Below, piece by piece: positions 14,175 to 27,216 of a stretch of 64,000 nucleotides of DNA. The notes below the pieces were generated by a model. That model searched no databases. It saw only the letters and a list, made by a program, of their open reading frames with translations, and was not told where the DNA came from. Origin of the DNA: Paraspadella gotoi (lineage: Eukaryota > Animalia > Chaetognatha). The DNA is taken from positions 16,374,005-16,438,004 of the forward strand of contig CM119265.1 of NCBI GenBank assembly GCA_051294375.1. Direction: 5' to 3'. Position numbers and translations under genes: made by a program. How positions within the stretch are numbered: position 1 is the stretch's first letter; each line of letters opens with the position of its first letter.

Positions 14175-14587
14175 TTTCTCTTTCTTTCTCTTTCTTTCTT
14201 TTTCTTTCCGTACCCGCGTTCCTGTCCACAGCTTTATCGCCTTCTTCTTTTATGGTCCCATTTCCCCCTACTTAAGATAAGACTGACAAACGCCTTCTCC
14301 ACCTCAGTCATTCTCTCAGTCCCCACTTCCCATCCCCGAGTTCCCTTTCCCCGCTTTCCCCTCCACCCTTAATTCCGCTTCCCTTCTACCCCCTCTCCCC
14401 CCCACGTATCAATCCCCCCCCATTTCAAATCCTTCCGAGACGAAAAGACCGCAGCTGCGTCTGACGAGTGAAGTGAAAGGAAGGTGAGGAGGTGAGGCGG
14501 AGAGGCGGGAGGTCGAGCAGTGAACCTCCGAAAACAAAACAGCGCTCGTCAATCGGCGTCGCNNNNNNNNNNNNNNNNNNNNNNNNN

Positions 14588-14622
<35 letters not shown>

Positions 14623-15233
14623 AGTGAGTAAAGGCGAATTTCAAAGACTGAAAGAGATTTTGTCGTGAGGATGAATTGAGAGTGGAACCCAAATCCTTCA
14701 CCGAGGACAGGGAAAGAGGATCGAGAGAAAAAAAACCTCTGGTGATGCAGATGAGCTTTGACTTACATCGCCCGATGTCCATCGAGGCGAGCANNNNNNN
14801 NNNNNNNNNNNNNNNNNNNNNNNNNNNNNNNNNNNNNNNNNNNNNNNNNNNNNNNNNNNNNNNNNNNNNNNNNNNNNNNNNNNNNNNNNNNNNNNNNNNN
14901 NNNNNNNNNNNNNNNNNNNNNNNNNNNNNNNNNNNNNNNNNNNNNNNNNNNNNNNNNNNNNNNNNNNNNNNNNNNNNNNNNNNNNNNNNNNNNNNNNNNN
15001 NNNNNNNNNNNNNNNNNNNNNNNNNNNNNNNNNNNNNTCTCTCTCTCTCTCGCCTGATGACGTGAAACCTGTCGTGACGAGTTTATTTTTTTCCCCTGTA
15101 TCCCGCTGAGAGCTTGAGCGAGTCGTTGAAGAGGAAACAGGGAGGAAGTGGCGGAGGAATGGGACTTGGGGAGTGAGGAGAGAAAGAGAGAAAGAAAGCA
15201 AGAAAGAAAGAAAGAAAGGAGAGAAAGGAGAAA

Positions 15234-15268
<35 letters not shown>

Positions 15269-17207
15269 GAAAAAAAGAAAGAAAGAAGGGAGAAAAGAAA
15301 GAAAAAAAAATAAAGAAAGAAAGGAGAGAAAGATAGAAAAGAGAGAAAGAAAGAAATTAAAGAAAGGAGAGAAAGAAATAAAGAAAGGAGAGAAAGGAAG
15401 AAAGGAAAGAAAGGAGAGANNNNNNNNNNNNNNNNNNNNNNNNNNNNNNNNNNNNAACCAACCGAATAAACAAAAGGGAAAAAAAAGGAGTGAAGGACCC
15501 CATTTCACTTCAACCTTTCGCTGTGTAATAACACTCGTTCTCCAAGTGGGATTGTTCTTCTTTTTTTTTTTAGTTTGTTTACCCTTTTTCGCGATCTCCA
15601 CTTTTGTCGCGTCACCCGACACCCATCGCCCGTCAGCCGCATATTTACTCTGCAATAAATCAATTAACTTCGGCTCCTTTGACTAAAAAATAAGCTTCGT
15701 TTTCCGACCACCAGAATGCGCGGCGGTCTACGACAAAACGAAAGTATGGATCTGTCAAGGGGAACAGAACACGGCGCGAATCTGCAAAGTCAATTTGGTG
15801 GACAACATCATGTTCGACATCAGTTTGGACTTTGATTCCAGGATCATGTGCATTCACGGGTGAGTCCTTTGGGTTGAAATCGCATTGTTGACGTTGCGAA
15901 CTATTTTTCTAAAGTTTCTTGTAAGTAAAAAAACCCTACTTTTGAGTGAATGAATTTTAATTTTTAATTTCAGTTTCAAGATTTTTCAAATACGTATGAT
16001 TTCATCTTCAATTCCCAGAGTGGATCAGGTGTTGCCGTCCAAATCCTCCAACGCCCCTTCAACGTCGACTGTGATGATACTCGGGACTCTTTCGTGGCAC
16101 CTCTACGCTTATCTCTCAACCACGAGGGAGGAATTGTGGCAGGTTCGAGTGAATCCTAAAAAAAATCTGTCTTAAGGTTAAAAATCTCAACATACGACTA
16201 CATATTTCATATGCTTTTAAACAATTCTAAATAGTATTCAAACTTAATTTGTTGGGCATGTTCTCACTCTTTCTCGCAAACCGTTTTACCAAACCCACCA
16301 GGTTCACCTCAACGACGCGGTCCTGGGCGTCTGTTGCCTCGAAGTCTATCCCACCTGCGATGAGCTCCGGCAGCCCTGCCCGACCTCCANNNNNNNNNNN
16401 NNNNNNNNNNNNNNNNNNNNNNNNNNNNNNNNNNNNNNNNNNNNNNNNNNNNNNNNNNNNNNNNNNNNNNNNNNNNNNNNNNNNNNNNNNNNNNNNNNNN
16501 NNNNNNNNNNNNNNNNNNNNNNNNNNNNNNNNNNNNNNNNNNNNNNNNNNNNNNNNNNNNNNNNNNNNNNNNNNNNNNNNNNNNNNNNNNNNNNNNNNNN
16601 NNNNNNNNNNNNNNNNNNNNNNNNNNNNNNNNNNNNNNNNNNNNNNNNNNNNNNNNNNNNNNNNNNNNNNNNNNNNNNNNNNNNNNNNNNNNNNNNNNNN
16701 NNNNNNNNNNNNNNNNNNNNNNNNNNNNNNNNNNNNNNNNNNNNNNNNNNNNNNNNNNNNNNNNNNNNNNNNNNNNNNNNNNNNNNNNNNNNNNNNNNNN
16801 NNNNNNNNNNNNNNNNNNNNNNNNNNNNNNNNNNNNNNNNNNNNNNNNNNNNNNNNNNNNNNNNNNNNNNNNNNNNNNNNNNNNNNNNNNNNNNNNNNNN
16901 NNNNNNNNNNNNNNNNNNNNNNNNNNNNNNNNNNNNNNNNNNNNNNNNNNNNNNNNNNNNNNNNNNNNNNNNNNNNNNNNNNNNNNNNNNNNNNNNNNNN
17001 NNNNNNNNNNNNNNNNNNNNNNNNNNNNNNNNNNNNNNNNNNNNNNNNNNNNNNNNNNNNNNNNNNNNNNNNNNNNNNNNNNNNNNNNNNNNNNNNNNNN
17101 NNNNNNNNNNNNNNNNNNNNNNNNNNNNNNNCGAAGCCAGGCTCACGGCGTTTCTGCCTTTCGACGACCAGCTGTGGGTCGGGACGGCCGATGGTGAGAA
17201 GAGAGGA

Positions 17208-17248
<41 letters not shown>

Positions 17249-20200
17249 TGATTAATCAATAATTTTTCATTTGATCCGTTTATTAATTATCTATCTATTC
17301 ATTCAAGAATTAAAAAAATGATCAATCAATCAGTCAATCAATCCAATCTCCTTCTGCCAGGTTTCTTGATGATGTTCGACGTCATCGAACGTCGACCGGG
17401 CGATGACGACGACGACGACGTTAAAAGCGTCGATGCGGACGCCGGAAACCGAACGGGTTTGCCGGTTCTCAATCAACTGGAAAACAGGTAACCTGGTAAC
17501 CCCACCTCCTACGACTTACCATGCCTTTTTTTTCCATCAATTCGCCAATGAACTCGCTTAATGTCAATCGCCAGATTGAATGATCTCTACGACAGACAAC
17601 TCGCGTCTCCGGCCGGTCCATTCGTTAACAACAACAACAACAACAACGGAGCGACGGGCATAAAGATTCGAAACAGGCAACACAATAACGTCAACATCAA
17701 ACACAGGTTGGTTTTTTGGACGAAATTTNNNNNNNNNNNNNNNNNNNNNNNNNNNNNNNNNNNNNNNNNNNNNNNNNNNNNNNNNNNNNNNNNNNNNNNN
17801 NNNNNNNNNNNNNNNNNNNNNNNNNNNNNNNNNNNNNNNNNNNNNNNNNNNNNNNNNNNNNNNNNNNNNNNNNNNNNNNNNNNNNNNNNNNNNNNNNNNN
17901 NNNNNNNNNNNNNNNNNNNNNNNNNNNNNNNNNNNNNNNNNNNNNNNNNNNNNNNNNNNNNNNNNNNNNNNNNNNNNNNNNNNNNNNNNNTCCTCGGCGC
18001 CGCCCATTTCCCCGAACGTATCGCCCTCTATCTCTCAGTTCCGAGCGACGCAGGGTCGTTTGGTTTTAAACGGCGCCGGTGACGCCGTCTCGATCGACGC
18101 TGGTTACGACGCCGTTGACTCATCCTCTCGTCCATCGGCGTCGTATCTCGCTCGACCGGCTCCGCCCGGACGCAGTTCATCGCCTCACGCCTTTTCTTCT
18201 CCGGCGACGCCGGCTGGCGGCCGAACTCCGTCGCCGCATCTCAAAGTCGCGCCGTCTGTTGTTCGGAATCGATCGCCGCAACCGGGATACGCAGACAGCG
18301 CGCTACGATCGGCGACGTCGACGGTAAACGGCGCCGAAAGAACGCCGACGACGCAGCGCCGAGCGCCGCAGCACATTCGGCGCCTCGACGACCTCAAGCG
18401 GCAGTCGTCGACGAACGTTCCGGAAGTCGTCGGTCAAAAGTTGACGAACGCGTTGAAGGAACGATCGAGATCCTTGGGAACCATCTTCTCTTTGGGAACG
18501 ACGGCCGTGTCGAAGATTATCAAAGTGGCCGAGGAAAGCGCCGCCTGGGACGGCGGGTCGGAGAAAACTACACCGGTTGGCGAAACGGGAGAGACGCCGA
18601 TTGGTGCGCAATGGGAAACGCCGATCGCAGCGACGCCGACGAGGCCGCTCCCTGCTTACGCGGCGTCATTTTCGCCGAGCCTCTCGAAAATGCCATCGAT
18701 GATGTCGGCGCCGATGCCTCCAACGATTCAATGCTCGATGTTGCCAGAAATGCCGCCGGGCCCTCTGCCAAACATTCCCATTATACCATCGGAAATTCCA
18801 CGGCTACACCCCCAATCATGGCATCAACAATGCCGGCCGCCAACCATGCTGCCATCCATGCTGCAGACGGACCCGCGACGCGCCACAAGCCCATCCTCCA
18901 AGCCCCCGCGCCTGTCCGCCTGCGCGTCGAGAGTCTCATCTTTCGATCTTGAAGAAGTCATCGATCGTCCGGGCGTCGCCGTGTCGCGATTCCTTCTCCG
19001 GACCATCCACTCCGAGCACCGCACGTCCGGCCCTGGCGACAGCTTCGGACCGAAGCGCGCGGATTTGCCGGGATCCTTCTGCCGGCGCCTCCACTCCGGT
19101 TTTCGGCGAAGGAAATTCTCCGTCGAAGGGAGGTCGACACGCTCCGTCGATTTGGGTGAGGAGATTAAGACGACGCCGCCACTATGGTGGAGAGAATCGG
19201 CCTTTCATGGCCCGCCCGGCACAAACCGGAGTGGCACCGCAGCCGGACGCAGTTTGAGAGAGAGGAAGAGGAGTTCGTCGAGAAGCCGACCTTGCTTCAA
19301 CTTCGGAAGGTATCTATCATAATATATCTATCTATCTATGCCTATCTGTCTATCTAATCTATCTATGACACATGAAAAATGCGTAACGTTACTTTCCGTG
19401 CATAAAAAAAATATTACTGCTTCAATATTATTATATTTCTTTTATTTTTGAAACGTATAGTTTCATATGTTGATATCAAATATCAAGCAATATCTTTTTT
19501 TGTTTTTTAGAATATGAACTGAATATAGGGTGAAGATATGAATATTTTTTTTTAAATAAGTACTTTATTCATTTATTCATTAGAATGCTAATAGAAAAAA
19601 ATAAAAAAATAATAGTACTAATAGTTATTTATGACTCAAATAGAGCGAACAAAAAACCTCATTTAAAAATCGATCGGGAAGTGGATAGGTAACTAAGCCT
19701 TTACCAAATGCATCCCTCCAACCGATGTTCTTCTCAAATAATTTTTTTTATATTTTAATTACATTGAAGGGAAAAAACAGGAAAATTTTGAACTGCAGCT
19801 TGCAGAGAAGGGTCAGATAATCTGACTTCATTTGAACATGATAAACCATGACCTTTTATATCTTGTGGAAATGGGGGCAGTAAAGAATCTAAAAAATTCA
19901 TCAATAAGTCAGCATTGAACCCTTTCCAATGCGGCTATTACGAGAAATATTTTTCTTTAATTAAAAATGGATGATTAAAAATGAATTAAATTCACTTGCT
20001 ATATTTAAAAAATTAAGTCATAACATATTTAACTCAATGAATGTTTGGCTTGAGTCCATAAATTAATGTTACCAGCTAGTTTATAATTTTCTTTACAAAC
20101 TTTATTATGATTAAACAGCAGCCAGGTGGTCAAGCTTGTTGTAGTTTTGGCAAGTTAAAGATAATGAAAAAATGACAGATTTTTTTCACAGACAAAAGGT

Positions 20201-23114
20201 AGATGTCCAGACTGTTTATAATCAAGCTGAAAACATTTTTGTATTATTATTTATTAATAAATTATAAAGAATATATTTTATCAACGCTATTAACATAAAT
20301 TTTTGCTTGTTTTTAACTTTAACTGATAAAATATAAGCACCATTTTAGTGAATTAAATAAGAATTTATCATATAAACGAAAAATGTAATTCAGTTTTTCC
20401 TTTTTCAAATTAATAAAAGAAAAGGAAAAAATTTCATATAGCCTTCATTCGAAATTTTTAAAGCAAAAAACTGTTATACTGTTAATACTCTGATTATAAA
20501 CAAAGCTGTGTAAAGATTTTATGATTTACATTAATAAAACACTTTTAGAAAAGGTCGTACCGTCATGATTAGGCATTTAATTTGATACCACATCCACTTG
20601 CTACCTGCTTTTCTTCAAAAGTTAATTTAAAAAAAATAACTTTTTTTAAATTACAACGAGTACAAATCTTATGTTAAATAATAATATTCGCAAAATTGGG
20701 AGTAATCTCACCGTATTTGCTATAGCTTGCTGTATAATCTTTAAATTCAAAATATAAAACTTGCAAGATAAATTTTTTTGTCGCATTTTAGAGATATATC
20801 ACTTTCAGATGTACCCATCGTATAATAATTTATTTATTTATTTCCCCAATAAAAGCTTAATTAGAGAAATTGAAATTTTTTATAAATTGTTGGAGAAAAA
20901 ATTTCGTTCCCGACCTATGCTCAGTGAGTAATAATGGTTTTGCATAGAAAATCAAAATATCAAATAAAATAAAAAAATCAGCCTCTATAAAAATCGAAAG
21001 GCAGAGGCTGATTTTTTAGAATTGCAAAATTTTTTGTCTGATCTCCATAATCCATTATTGCTCAATCTCAAATGTTCTTTCAAAATACCAAATTTTTTTC
21101 AAAAGTATTTTCCAAATTTTTTCAATTTTTAAATTGTTTTTTCATTTAAAATGTTTTTCGATGATTTGTTTTTGTTTAGAAAGACATTGATAAAAAAGTG
21201 AAAAAATAATATAGAAATTATATAAGGTTTTTGGAAAATACCTTAAAATATTAAATAATTAGACCCAAGAGCGGAGTAAAGCAGAGAAAACTTTCCCATT
21301 CATTAAAGAATAAATTGAATATGAATTGTGTCATATTGTTATTTAGATTAATTGACTAATTACGAAACAAATGAGTTCATATAATAACTCGAGCCGAAAT
21401 GCCAATGCGTGTAAAAAATATCATACTTGGTCTCGGTTAACTATAGGTTAATTCGTTAAAGTTTTTGTTTTAATAATATTAATAACTTTTTTTTCGCATT
21501 TTTATAGAAGTGCTAAATGGTCCTAAAATTTGTAAGCGTTTCGAGCTATATTGCTTCATTTTTTTTAACTATTTTTGTCTAGTTAGTTTTTTGTTGTATT
21601 GGTAAAGGTTATGTCTAGATACATGTACATGTCAGAAGTATAATCGTACATGATACCAAACAGTAATGATCTAATTAATTTCACGGCTTCAGAACAATTT
21701 TTAAAGGAACAAATCAAGCACGAGACCCGTTTCGCTCACGATTTTTTTTTACATTTTCCTTATCGGGATCGAACTTTCAAAACTAACTTAAGTAATCGAG
21801 CGTGAAGAAAAAATCGCATCAATATAACTCTTTTTTTTCATTTAAGGCATTTTTAAACAAAATGTATGAGTACAATATTTGCACAATTTACTATAATTTA
21901 CTATATATATCTTTATTACAAAATGAAGTGTAAAGAATGGATTTTTTTCACGTTCCTGCAATAGACGAATTGTCGAGGAATTTGCCTCCGATTCCGGGCG
22001 GAAGGGTGAGGCGTCAATTGCCGGCGGAACCGATCGATGGCGTTATGATTAAATCCAAACAAGGTAAGTTTTTCTTTGTTAAATTAATGTAGGAGAATTT
22101 AATGACTTTAAAATTCCAATTCCGTAGTAAAATCGAAGCATCGACGGCTGCCTTTGACGAGAGACGATAGCGGTAAGTTAAGACAGCGCCTTTATAGAAA
22201 CTAGTCATGAGTTTAGAATCCAATTGGCTTTTTTNNNNNNNNNNCGAACTTACCTGCGAATCTTCGGCCGGCGAATCGACTAAAACGCGTAGTGGCAGAG
22301 GGAAAAAGCTTCCGCCAGGTAAGTTAGATCGGGGAGATCGTAGATATTTATCGCCATAATATTTTAAACGCAATTTTAAAACGCAATTCGAGACGGTTGT
22401 TTTCCTAACGCGACCGGCGCCCATGTTTCAGAACCATCGGCGGCGCCTATTCGCGTGGCGCCGAACGAAGACTCATCGGCGTCGATCGAGGCGGCGTCGC
22501 GAGTTCTCAACGGCAGCGCCTCCGTCTCATCCGTTTCTTCGCTTTCATCATCGGGTGAGAAAAATTTGTAAAAACATTTTTAAATTGAATAGGGTTAATA
22601 TTTTAAGTACAAAATGCTCAAGGTTCATGTTTACTTGTTTAGACTTAAAATTGCTACTCCAAAACCTCTGCAGTTAAAAATAATCCTGCCAAGTGCGCTT
22701 TACATCCATCAGGTACTCTGGAAAATCTGTTGGGCGAGCCTTTTCCCGACGAAGTGGTAAAGATCGACGCCGTCGAGATGGAACCTGCCACGTCGGCGTC
22801 ACTCATGCCGTCAACGACGCCGCTCAATCTTGGTATGAAACTGAGCCCGATTTCCGAAACGACGGAGGGATGCTACCTCGCGAACCGGACTAACGGTAAG
22901 GTTCTCGTTAATAGAAGTATAGATAAGATTAACATTTAATTAGAGACGTTTGAAGGTCAGTAACACCCAATCGTATCGACGACATTGTTTGTAGTTTTTT
23001 TTTTTTTTTTTTTTTTGTTGTGTGTGTTTTTGTCAGTATTTCAGTTCCATCATTATGACATGATTTCAGAAAAACACCCGTTTTCCTCCCATTCGTTAAT
23101 TAAATTCTCTCTCC

Positions 23115-23168
<54 letters not shown>

Positions 23169-23641
23169 TTCGCTCTCCCAGTCTTAACGAGCGACGTCAC
23201 TGGAGCCGCGTCGAAGAGGTATTCCTACGCGCGTAGCTCCAACGCAGTCACTCTCAACGGGACTTCGGAAAATAGTTCCACGAATTCCACTTCGACTGTT
23301 TTGGAGAGAAATAAAAGCTTCGAATCCGCGGGTGAGAATCTCATTCCGATTCGCAGGATTGAGTACATCATTATTGAGTTATTATTGGTCATTAATGAGT
23401 AATTACCGGTCGTTTTGGTCTTATGTAAACGGCCGACCAATGACAAAACAAAATGCCCATTTTGAATTGTTTAAATACTCCACTGTTCTCTTCCCAACAG
23501 GCTCTGCTCGATCGTCGGTGGCCTTTTCTTCGATGGAAGACATCACCAACGCCTTCGTCGACAACTTCACCACAGCCTCTGGCTCAGGTAAATTCAAAAG
23601 CTTTCTTTCGGAACCTTTGCTTTCGCTAACTTTCTCTTTTT

Positions 23642-23738
<97 letters not shown>

Positions 23739-24152
23739 CTTCTCACAGGCTACGCGTCAGGAATCGACGCCCGAGGACTTCCGACGCCGTCCGGAGCCGC
23801 CGAGCTCGAATCTCAGCGCCGCGGCGTCTCGACTGGAAGAGGAGAGAGTCATTAAATACGAATCCTCGTCACAGGTGTTAACTATGTAGTTAAAGAACAA
23901 AATTAGAAAGACTGATTAGGACGTTAATAAAGAGACAATTAAAAATATACACGCAAAAAAAAGCATAAATCAAAATATACTTCGGTTTACGTAGTATTTC
24001 CGAAATCTTAAAATAATATTCACAATCTGTTTGAAATCGCAAACCTCGTTCGCAGTCGAGCGCCCGCGCGAGTTCAACATCATCGATCTCTTACGTGAGC
24101 AGCACCGTCGACGTCCCATTCACTCACGAGCTCAGTCTCCAGGTGAGAGAGT

Positions 24153-24194
<42 letters not shown>

Positions 24195-24970
24195 ATTAAC
24201 TTCACTCTCATCAAAATTCAGGCCCGTCTAAAAATCGCGGACAAACCAGTGAAGGTTTTGCTGCAGACGATCGTCAAGGGAATCCCCACTATTATCTCTT
24301 GCACCGGTTGCTATGGCGACGATGAGGCCGTCCTTCAGTGGATTCGCGAGCCGCAAGAGGTGAGTTTAATTAATGAACTCGGCTCAACCGATAAGAATAA
24401 TTGAATATTTCTAAAAATTATCCGTATGTATCTTTCCCATTTGTCATTCTCTCCTCTGTCGATTATTCCCCAGAAAATCTGGACGAACCAGCCTGTGGTC
24501 GAGGTGTGCCCCGTCACCCTGAAAGCCAAACCGCCGTCCTACATGAGGATGAGCACCGTCAAAGATTGCGAGACCCTTCAGGTTATTCAATTTATTCTAA
24601 TTTGAATTTTTATTTTTTATTTTTCGATCATTCCCGCTTAAATTGAAAAATCCCTCGACTAGGATGTCCTACAAAACCGTTATTCTCGCCGACTAAGCCT
24701 CGCGGCGAACGAGCAGAGCGGCGACTCGACGCCGGTAGCCACGCCCACGTCCGGTGACGGTCCGGGTCTATCGCCGGCCGGCGCCACACCCACCAAAACG
24801 GCCCTGCCCATGAACCCGGCGCTGGCGGCGCTCAACGCCGTCCCCGGAAGCGACTTCTTCAAAGACGTGGCGTCGTCGACCGAATCGATGATTTCGACGG
24901 CGGCGTCGCTGCCGTCGACGCTTTCCAACTTGACCAATTTGGCGCTGGCCAACACTTCCGGCCTCCGATG
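11451..24970 (+). CDS. TBC1D2-like: TBC1D2/TBC1D2B-like Rab-GAP, 5'-partial: end of the TBC domain, coiled coil, WD40-like beta-propeller and a long Ser/Pro-rich insert
   Basis: Exons 11451-11630 (TLLRIWDCFLLEGPKVLFRFSLAIL), 11994-12183 (AFVDLKPFPRRQDIR), 15715-15859, 16019-16142 (VMILGTLSWHLYAY), 16302-gap (VHLNDAVLGV), gap-17193 + 17361-17488 (LWVGTADGFLMMFDV), ~17991-19309, several exons 21965-24142, 24222-24359, 24474-24581 and 24663-24970 (TGA). Phases match at most junctions; interrupted by N gaps. Confidence 0.85.
12500..16268. repeat. Inverted duplication, arms ~12500-14210 and ~14588-16268
   Basis: The left arm is the reverse complement of the right arm, with scattered 1-nt indels that break the TBC exons in the left copy only. 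The spacer and left border are noisy and lie next to N gaps. Confidence 0.9.
15047..15081 (+). ncRNA. Candidate minimal type I hammerhead ribozyme, intronic and sense to the TBC gene; identical reverse copy at 13657-13691
   Basis: CTCTCGC-CTGATGA-CGT-GAAAC-CT-GTC-GTGACGAG: complete CUGAUGA/GAAA/GUC core. Helix I is CUCUCGC:GUGA(C)GAG. Helices II and III are too short to form in a monomer. Confidence 0.45.
20972..21017. repeat. Perfect 15-bp stem hairpin in an AT-rich intron
   Basis: aaaaaatcagcctct / 16-nt loop / agaggctgatttttt. Confidence 0.75.
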
Positions 24971-25599
24971 ACCGGGAAATGATAAATACGCGTGTAAATC
25001 AAATTAATCTAATCGATTTACTGAAAAAAAAACAACTAATTTCTCTTCTTTCTCCCCCCCCCTCTACTCCCTCGTTTCACCGAAAATGTGTTCGTACTAT
25101 TCCGTGGTGTGTGTTTAAATTTTGAACGACCGCCCCCCCACCCCGCTATTTCACAATCGCTCATCGTTCAACTATTTCTGTCAAAACTTTACTATATCGA
25201 ATTTAGAACGATTTGTAACTTAATACTCGATCCTTTCGCGTCTATCTCTGTCTCGACGATCTCTCGTAAAACTTCCCTGTGGTAATTGAAACTGTGATAT
25301 TCGTTGCTCCAAAGTTCAGATTAGTACTAGTTGTGTTAATGTTCCCTTTTTTTCGTTCGAACAGCGTATTACTGATTTCAACAACGACGTATTTTTTTCT
25401 ATGGTCTTATTTGTTTAAGACGCGTTTGCGAGGGCTAAAGAATAGCTACTGTATAGCTATATATTAAAAAGGGCAATTTAAAGTGATGCGAATAATGAGA
25501 AAACTATCGAGATAAAAATTCTAAGTTTAGTCAGGTGGTATTTTGTTTTCCGAACTAGTCTGGTGGTCCAATCACCACAGATGGATTAAAGCTGTTTCT

Positions 25600-25830
25600 T
25601 TCGCAGTGGCTCAGTGGACTAATGCTCCATCCCAATGTGCGTCCCTGGTTCGAGCCCTGAGGTTGTCATGTAGAAAGTGGGATGGACCGGGTAACCCGCC
25701 TGTAGGCATGGGCCTACTGCCAGATCCAAAGCTCTGGACTACATGAACATGCTGTCTCGCTGTTGCCACGAGGTGACACCGCTGCGGGTGTGGCGCCCTG
25801 TAAAACCAGCCTCTTCACTAGTACACCAAA
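25600..25830 (+). mobile_element. tRNA-derived SINE-like element (Pol III A and B boxes plus GC-rich structured body)
   Basis: A box GTGGCTCAGTGG (25606-25617) and B box GGTTCGAGCCC (25647-25657) at tRNA spacing but without a full cloverleaf. They are followed by ~170 nt of GC-rich body with hairpins (gtaggc-atgg-gcctac; cacc-gctgcg-ggtg) in AT-rich flanks. Boundaries approximate. Confidence 0.65.
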
Positions 25831-26547
25831 TAATCGAAAAGTAATTTTGAACATCCAACATTGGAATCTAATTCGCATCATGACAACTAGTGAGGTATGA
25901 TTTAGTATGAGATGGACAAATCTGTGACGAATCGAAAGATAATTCAATATAGACGATCGAAATACTTAAAACGGCAAGTTATGCACGTTAATTATTCTTG
26001 ATATGTTGACGTAGACAAAAACGGTCTTAGTTGAAATTCACGAACGGGTAAATAATAGAATCGCAAGACAATATGTAAAACTTTGTTCTTTGTTGTTTTT
26101 TTTTTAGATTTTTGCGTGGCAGGTGTTAGATCATTGAAAATATGTATAAAGATAAATACTTTATAAAGAGTTATTTGATTTTTTTGCACGTGAAAACTGG
26201 ACTTGCTTTCTCTACGGAGGGGAGCACAAAGGTTTAGCACTTCAGACAAGGAACGTGAGAGTGACAGCGACGAGCAAAGGTAAACTAGAATAAACAAACA
26301 GCGAAACGTTTTATTCTGTGAGGGTCTGGGGATCACAACATCAGTTAGTTAATCTAGAACATCACAAATTGTTAAAATATATACTTTTCTACGATCTCTA
26401 AGTGGAAAAAAAAATGATAAAAAATAAATATCGACCACAACGATTCAAAAATATAGACTTATCACAATTAGGCTTTTATTGGATTTATATAGAGGGGCTG
26501 GGATGATTTGACTAGGGTAGTGATTGCGCGATTCCAAATATATCGTT

Positions 26548-27216
26548 TTACTTTTGTCTGAGGATGGAACAGATTATAAGAGCCCCGGCCGAAGTCGTAT
26601 AATCGACGATCTTCTGTTCGGTCGAGTTTCGCCTCCGCCCGTCCATCTTGCGAAGATTTTCCACGACCGAACCAACCAACAAAAGAGCAGCGGCGATGAT
26701 GACGGCGTGCTGACGGCGAACCAGCGCGAACGAAAGCAGCAGCACCACCGAGGCCGTGGAAACGATCATCGCCGACTCACGACGAAACCGCGCTCCGAGC
26801 CACACCGCCAACGCCGACGACAACGCGCCCGAAGCCATCAGAAGAAAGCCCAACGGTTGCCAGCTCGTGCCGTGGAAAAATGTAGCGGCGAGGGCGGCGG
26901 CGCCGAACGCCGAGGCCGCGTCGAATAGAGACGGAAAATTGAAGAATCGCCAATCCAGAAGAGAAACGTCTTTCGGATGTAATTTTGGTCTTCGTATTTC
27001 GATCTCTCCAGCCTCGAGGAGAAAACAGACGATGCTGGCCAGAGGTTTGATGGACATGAACACGTATCCTGGACGAAATAATGGAAAGTTGACGTCGTCA
27101 CGGGCGCAGAAAATTGATCGACGGCCTTTTTATGCTTACCTATGGTCGGCAGAGGGCGGTGATAAACGTAAGAGGCGCTGTAGAGGGCAGTGACGGCGAG
27201 GACGAGTTCGCTCATC
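26548..27216 (-). CDS. Small multi-pass membrane protein (~200 aa, possibly TMEM276-like), 2 coding exons
   Basis: MSELVLAVTALYSASYVYHRPLPTI G|gtaagc ... cag|GYVFMSIKPL... joins ORF 26548-27063 in frame; 5-6 hydrophobic segments. Family call tentative. Confidence 0.7.

Noticed and set aside
13118-15655. Listed ORFs rich in WLVG, ERER, FFLS or X
   Set aside because: Translations of microsatellites and gaps.
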